Shown one piece after another: positions 59,744 through 64,000 of a stretch of DNA of 64,000 nt (position 1 is its first letter; each line of letters starts with the position of its first letter). The DNA is from Candidatus Calescibacterium sp. Lineage in GTDB: Bacteria; Calescibacteriota; Calescibacteriia; Calescibacteriales; Calescibacteriaceae. The stretch is from assembly GCA_032249135.1 (NCBI GenBank), contig JAVVGL010000001.1, positions 144,283 through 208,282 on the forward strand, read 5' to 3'. Both the position numbers and the translations under genes were made by a program. A model generated the notes under the pieces. That model had not been told where the DNA came from and did not search any database. It saw only the letters and a list, made by a program, of their open reading frames with translations.

Positions 59744-61162
59744 ATGGTGCGTATTCGGTGGGACAAATATGAGAACCTAAGTTATGTAAAGACTTTCCAT
59801 TTTGTGGGGGTCGGGGGAAGCGGAATGTCTTCCCTCGCCCACATTCTTTTAAAACAAGGGTTCAAAGTATCAGGTTGCGATTTAAATTATTCCGAAACCA
59901 TAAATAAGCTTGAAAAAGAAGGATTAGAATTTTTAGGAGAGCATGATAAATCTCATGTAGAAAATTCAGATGTCATTGTTTTCTCATCAGCAATACCAAA
60001 AGATAATCCCGAAATAATTGAAGCAAAAAGGAAGAGAAAAATTATTCTCAAAAGGATAGAACTACTTGCAGAAATACTCAAATTCAGATACACAATTGCA
60101 GTTATAGGCTCACACGGAAAAACCACAACTACAACTCTTATTTCCCACACATTAGAAAAAGGTGGAAAAAATCCACTCGCAATAATAGGTGGAGTAGCAA
60201 AAAATGGAGAAAAAGTAAATATTGATAGCAACATAGCGGTAGTTGAAGTAGATGAATCAGATAACGATTTTCCAAAAATAATACCATATGCAACAGTCAT
60301 CACAAACATAGATAAAGAACATTTAGAAAAATGGGGAGGATATGAAGGACTAAAAAAGGCGATACTGAAATTCGCAAAATCTGTTCCAATATGGGGTTTC
60401 GTAGTCGTAAATATAGATGACCCGGGAGTAAAAGAAATAGTAAATAAAATCCCAAGAAAAGTCATAAGATGTTCCGTAGAAACAAAAAAAGACATTGAAT
60501 TTTATGCAGAGAATATAAAGCTTGGTCAAAAACCCTGCTTTGATATAGCTATAAAAATAGGAGAAGTAGAAGGTAAAATAGAGAACATAAAACTTGGTAT
60601 CCCGGGACTACACAATGTATCTAATTCGGTTTTGGCTTTTGCCACAAGCTATCTTTTAGGAGTTCAGCCAGAAAAAATAAAGGAAGCTTTTGAGTCTTTT
60701 GAAGGAGTAAAAAGAAGAATAGATATTGTATTCAGAAAAAACGGAGTTTGCGTGATAGATGATTATGCCCACCACCCCACAGAAATCAAGGCAACTTTGA
60801 AAACAATAAGAGAAAACTTCAAAGGGAAAATTTTTCTTATCTTTGAACCTCATAGGTTCTCAAGAGTTTATATGCTAAAAAATGAATTCGCAGAAGCTCT
60901 CAAAATCGCGGATGAATGCATCATAACAGATATATATCCGGCATCGGAACAAAACACATACGGAATTTCAGCGCAAGACATAGTAAATCTTATAAATTCA
61001 AATGAAAGCGAAAAAAAATCAGTATATATCCCTTTTGACTCAGTAGTTGAAAGCGCAGAGAGACTCTTTCAGAGGGCAAATGAAGGAGATGTTATAGTTT
61101 TTATGGGAGCTGGAAAAATCAAAAATGCTCTATCAGATTTTCTAAAATCAAAAAACGTGTGA
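59744..61162 (+). CDS. murC: UDP-N-acetylmuramate-L-alanine ligase
   Basis: HFVG.GGSGMS, GSHGKTTTT, E.DESD, G.HN..N, DDYAHHPTE, F.PHR.SR. Confidence 0.95.
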   Translation: MVRIRWDKYENLSYVKTFHFVGVGGSGMSSLAHILLKQGFKVSGCDLNYSETINKLEKEGLEFLGEHDKSHVENSDVIVFSSAIPKDNPEIIEAKRKRKIILKRIELLAEILKFRYTIAVIGSHGKTTTTTLISHTLEKGGKNPLAIIGGVAKNGEKVNIDSNIAVVEVDESDNDFPKIIPYATVITNIDKEHLEKWGGYEGLKKAILKFAKSVPIWGFVVVNIDDPGVKEIVNKIPRKVIRCSVETKKDIEFYAENIKLGQKPCFDIAIKIGEVEGKIENIKLGIPGLHNVSNSVLAFATSYLLGVQPEKIKEAFESFEGVKRRIDIVFRKNGVCVIDDYAHHPTEIKATLKTIRENFKGKIFLIFEPHRFSRVYMLKNEFAEALKIADECIITDIYPASEQNTYGISAQDIVNLINSNESEKKSVYIPFDSVVESAERLFQRANEGDVIVFMGAGKIKNALSDFLKSKNV

Positions 61163-61229
61163 AATCAAAAGAAGCAAAAAATTTTCTCATTTAAGAAAAA
61201 TTTTTCTTTTAGAATAAATTTTCTATGTT

Positions 61230-61709
61230 ATGGATGAAGCATTAAAGAAAAAAGTTTTGAGGAAAATCCATTACGGACTCGCAGTAGCTACATCATCAAA
61301 CGGAAAAGATACAGCATCTGGAACAATAAATTGGCTAACTCAGGCATCGTTCAAACCCCCAGCTGTTGCAGTAGTAATAAAAAAAGATTCATTTTTACAC
61401 AATGTTATATCTGAATCTTCCGTTTTCGCTATAAACATAGTTGGGAAAGACCAGAAAGATATGGCTCAAACTTTCTTTAAGGGACACTCAGTTGAAAATG
61501 GAAAACTTGGAGGATATGAAATATTTACAGGAAAAACCGGCTGCCCAATTATAAAAGATTCAGCAGGAGCTTTTGAGTGCAAAGTAATAGGTAGATTAGA
61601 TTTTGGAGGAGACCACGAGATTTTTGTAGGAGAAGTCGTTGAAGTTCATGATTGCAAAGACCTTGAACCTCTATCTATGAAAGAAACTGGATGGTACTAC
61701 GGCGGATAA
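61230..61709 (+). CDS. Flavin reductase-like FMN-binding protein
   Basis: W.TQ.SF.PP, G.TG.PI, GDH..FVGEV, YYGG. Confidence 0.88.
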   Translation: MDEALKKKVLRKIHYGLAVATSSNGKDTASGTINWLTQASFKPPAVAVVIKKDSFLHNVISESSVFAINIVGKDQKDMAQTFFKGHSVENGKLGGYEIFTGKTGCPIIKDSAGAFECKVIGRLDFGGDHEIFVGEVVEVHDCKDLEPLSMKETGWYYGG

Positions 61710-61808
61710 AGTAAAAAAATTTAAAATTTTTCCTGATTTTTTCAACACAAAATCTCCACAGAGCTACTATTAGAAAAATTGGACCTGTGATTTGTGCTAA
61801 ATATTATC

Positions 61809-63077
61809 ATGCCAGAAATTATAATAGAAGCACAAGGTGTATCAAAGAGCTTCCCATATGGAAAAAATGGAAAAATAGAAGTTATATCTCCTATTGATAT
61901 CAAAATATGTGATGAAGATTTTTTGGTTATTTTGGGACCATCAGGTGCCGGAAAATCAACACTTTTGAGAATACTTAGTGGAATAGAAAAGCCATCAACG
62001 GGAAAAGTTCTTTACAGAGGTAAAGATATTTTTGAAGTCAAACCAAAAATAGGATTTGTATTTCAAACATTCGCACTCTTACCTTGGCTCACCGTTTTAG
62101 AAAATGTTCTTTTAGCAATTGACCCAAATTTAGATGAGAAAGAAAGAGAGAAAAAAGCATTAGAGGTATTGGATATGGTAGGATTAGATGGTTTTGAAAA
62201 TGCTTTACCAAAAGAGTTATCTGGTGGTATGAAACAAAGAGTGGGAATAGCCAGAGCAATCGCAGCTGACCCAGAGGTCCTCTTTATGGATGAACCTTTT
62301 TCAAATTTAGATGTCCTCACAGCCGAAGCTTTAAGAAGAGATTTTATAGAAATGCTCGCAACAAAAAAAATCAGGATTAAAGCCTGCGTTCTGGTAACAC
62401 ATAACATAGAGGAATCAATAATGTTAGGTAAAAGAATTATAATTTTGAGCAAAAATCCCGCAAAAATAATCTCAGATATAAGTATTGAACTTCCATATCC
62501 ACGAAACATAAAAAAACTTCAAGACCTTGTAGATAAAATTCACACGATAATATCTGAAAATGTAAGGGAAACTCCAACAATAAAAAAGAAAGTAAAGTAT
62601 ATAAGGTTGCCAGATGTTAGCCCCACAAGTATAATAGGTCTTCTTGATATACTCACAGATGTATTCGCTGAAAATGAAAAAATAAATATCTTTGAGATAT
62701 CACAAAAGTTTATGTTAGATGTTGATGACCTATACCCTATTTTAGAGGCAGCACAGATTCTCAATTTTATTGAGATAAAGGAAGGAGATGTTATAATAAC
62801 AGAAACAGGAAAAGAATTTGCAAAAGCTGACCCTGTAAAGCAAAAAGAAATCTTTGCAAAAGTTTTGACCGAAAATGTACCACTTACAAAAGAAATAGTA
62901 AGCGTACTATCAGCAAAAAAGAATAAGAAAGTAAAAGCAGATTTATTCTATGACATACTTAAAGAACACTTCTCAAAAGATGAAGCAAAAAAACAATTTG
63001 ATATAATAATAACTTGGGGTAGATATGCAGAAATATTTGAATACAATGAAATAAAAAAAGAAATATATATACCGTAA
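61809..63077 (+). CDS. NitT/TauT-family ABC ATPase with C-terminal AAA-associated domain
   Basis: [26 protein letters not shown]-term DDL.P, WGRYAE. Confidence 0.9.
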   Translation: MPEIIIEAQGVSKSFPYGKNGKIEVISPIDIKICDEDFLVILGPSGAGKSTLLRILSGIEKPSTGKVLYRGKDIFEVKPKIGFVFQTFALLPWLTVLENVLLAIDPNLDEKEREKKALEVLDMVGLDGFENALPKELSGGMKQRVGIARAIAADPEVLFMDEPFSNLDVLTAEALRRDFIEMLATKKIRIKACVLVTHNIEESIMLGKRIIILSKNPAKIISDISIELPYPRNIKKLQDLVDKIHTIISENVRETPTIKKKVKYIRLPDVSPTSIIGLLDILTDVFAENEKINIFEISQKFMLDVDDLYPILEAAQILNFIEIKEGDVIITETGKEFAKADPVKQKEIFAKVLTENVPLTKEIVSVLSAKKNKKVKADLFYDILKEHFSKDEAKKQFDIIITWGRYAEIFEYNEIKKEIYIP

Positions 63078-63102
63078 GCCCAAAGAATTTATCTAAAAAA
63101 AT

Positions 63103-63533
63103 TTATCTCAAAAGCTCCTTGATTGATCCTGTTCCGGTTTCCTGAAATCCTTGGCCCCCAGTTTCTGGAATCTGGAACTCCCCCTTTTCTAATTCTTTCC
63201 TTTCACTTTTTAACTTCTCCAACTTACTTTTTGCTAACTCAATTTCTTTCTCAAGGTTTCCGATGATTTTCCTTGACTTGATTTCAAATTTCCTTATTTG
63301 AGCTATTTTTGCCTCCTGCAAAAGTTTATTCAATCTCTCCCAATCCTCAGGAGAATACTCCTTTAAATCTTCTACCTCTTTCAGTTTCTTCTCAACCTCA
63401 AATATATCTTTTTCGCTACCTTTTGAACAGGAAAAAAGATAGATAAAGAAAACAAAAATAATTAATTCCCAAAGTCCCCAAAAAACCAATCTTTTAGTTT
63501 TATTGAAAACAAACATCGTTTTTTCTGATTTCA

Positions 63534-63534
<1 letters not shown>
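63103..63534 (-). CDS. Hypothetical coiled-coil lipoprotein
   Basis: Hydrophobic stretch ending YLFSC; abuts the PII gene. Confidence 0.5.
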
Positions 63535-63878
<344 letters not shown>

Positions 63879-64000
63879 TTACCTCCTTTTTTTTCTACTA
63901 TTTTATCCACAATTTTATTTTAAACATTTCCTAAAATTTTTCGCTTTTATTTGCTTACATATTAAAAGCTTTTTCACCGTGTTGAGAAGAATCAAGCCCT

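Noticed and set aside
63903-63911. Perfect DnaA box TTATCCACA
   Set aside because: Single box with no cluster or dnaA/dnaN context in view; cannot support an origin

Overview
AT-rich bacterial chromosomal window from a diderm (kdsA, LpxL-like acyltransferase and MlaD present). It is mostly housekeeping genes, many sitting alone outside their usual operons (dnaK, rplK, atpE, sdhB, hisA, hisD, murC, livH, wzm), plus a tRNA-Gly(GCC). Main points of interest: (1) A ~2,050-aa RHS/YD protein with a lipoprotein-type signal, a Cys-rich HEXXH metallopeptidase-like C-terminal tip and two paralogous beta-propeller lipoproteins behind it (candidate immunity). Its SD-linked ATG is thrown out of frame by an (AG)9 tract. 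(2) A ~1,580-aa secreted M4/M36-like protease whose signal peptide is thrown out of frame by a G8 tract. Both giant HEXXH-bearing exported proteins therefore look switched OFF by simple-sequence repeats (phase variation, unless these are assembly errors). (3) An integrase-free MNT-HEPN toxin-antitoxin cassette bracketed by a 108-bp direct repeat that duplicates the 3' end of cinA, with a decayed second copy of the pair 5 kb away. (4) An RpiB-GlyA fusion, a 14-repeat RCC1 protein and a secernin/C69 pseudogene. All calls come from motif recognition by eye; no database searches were run.
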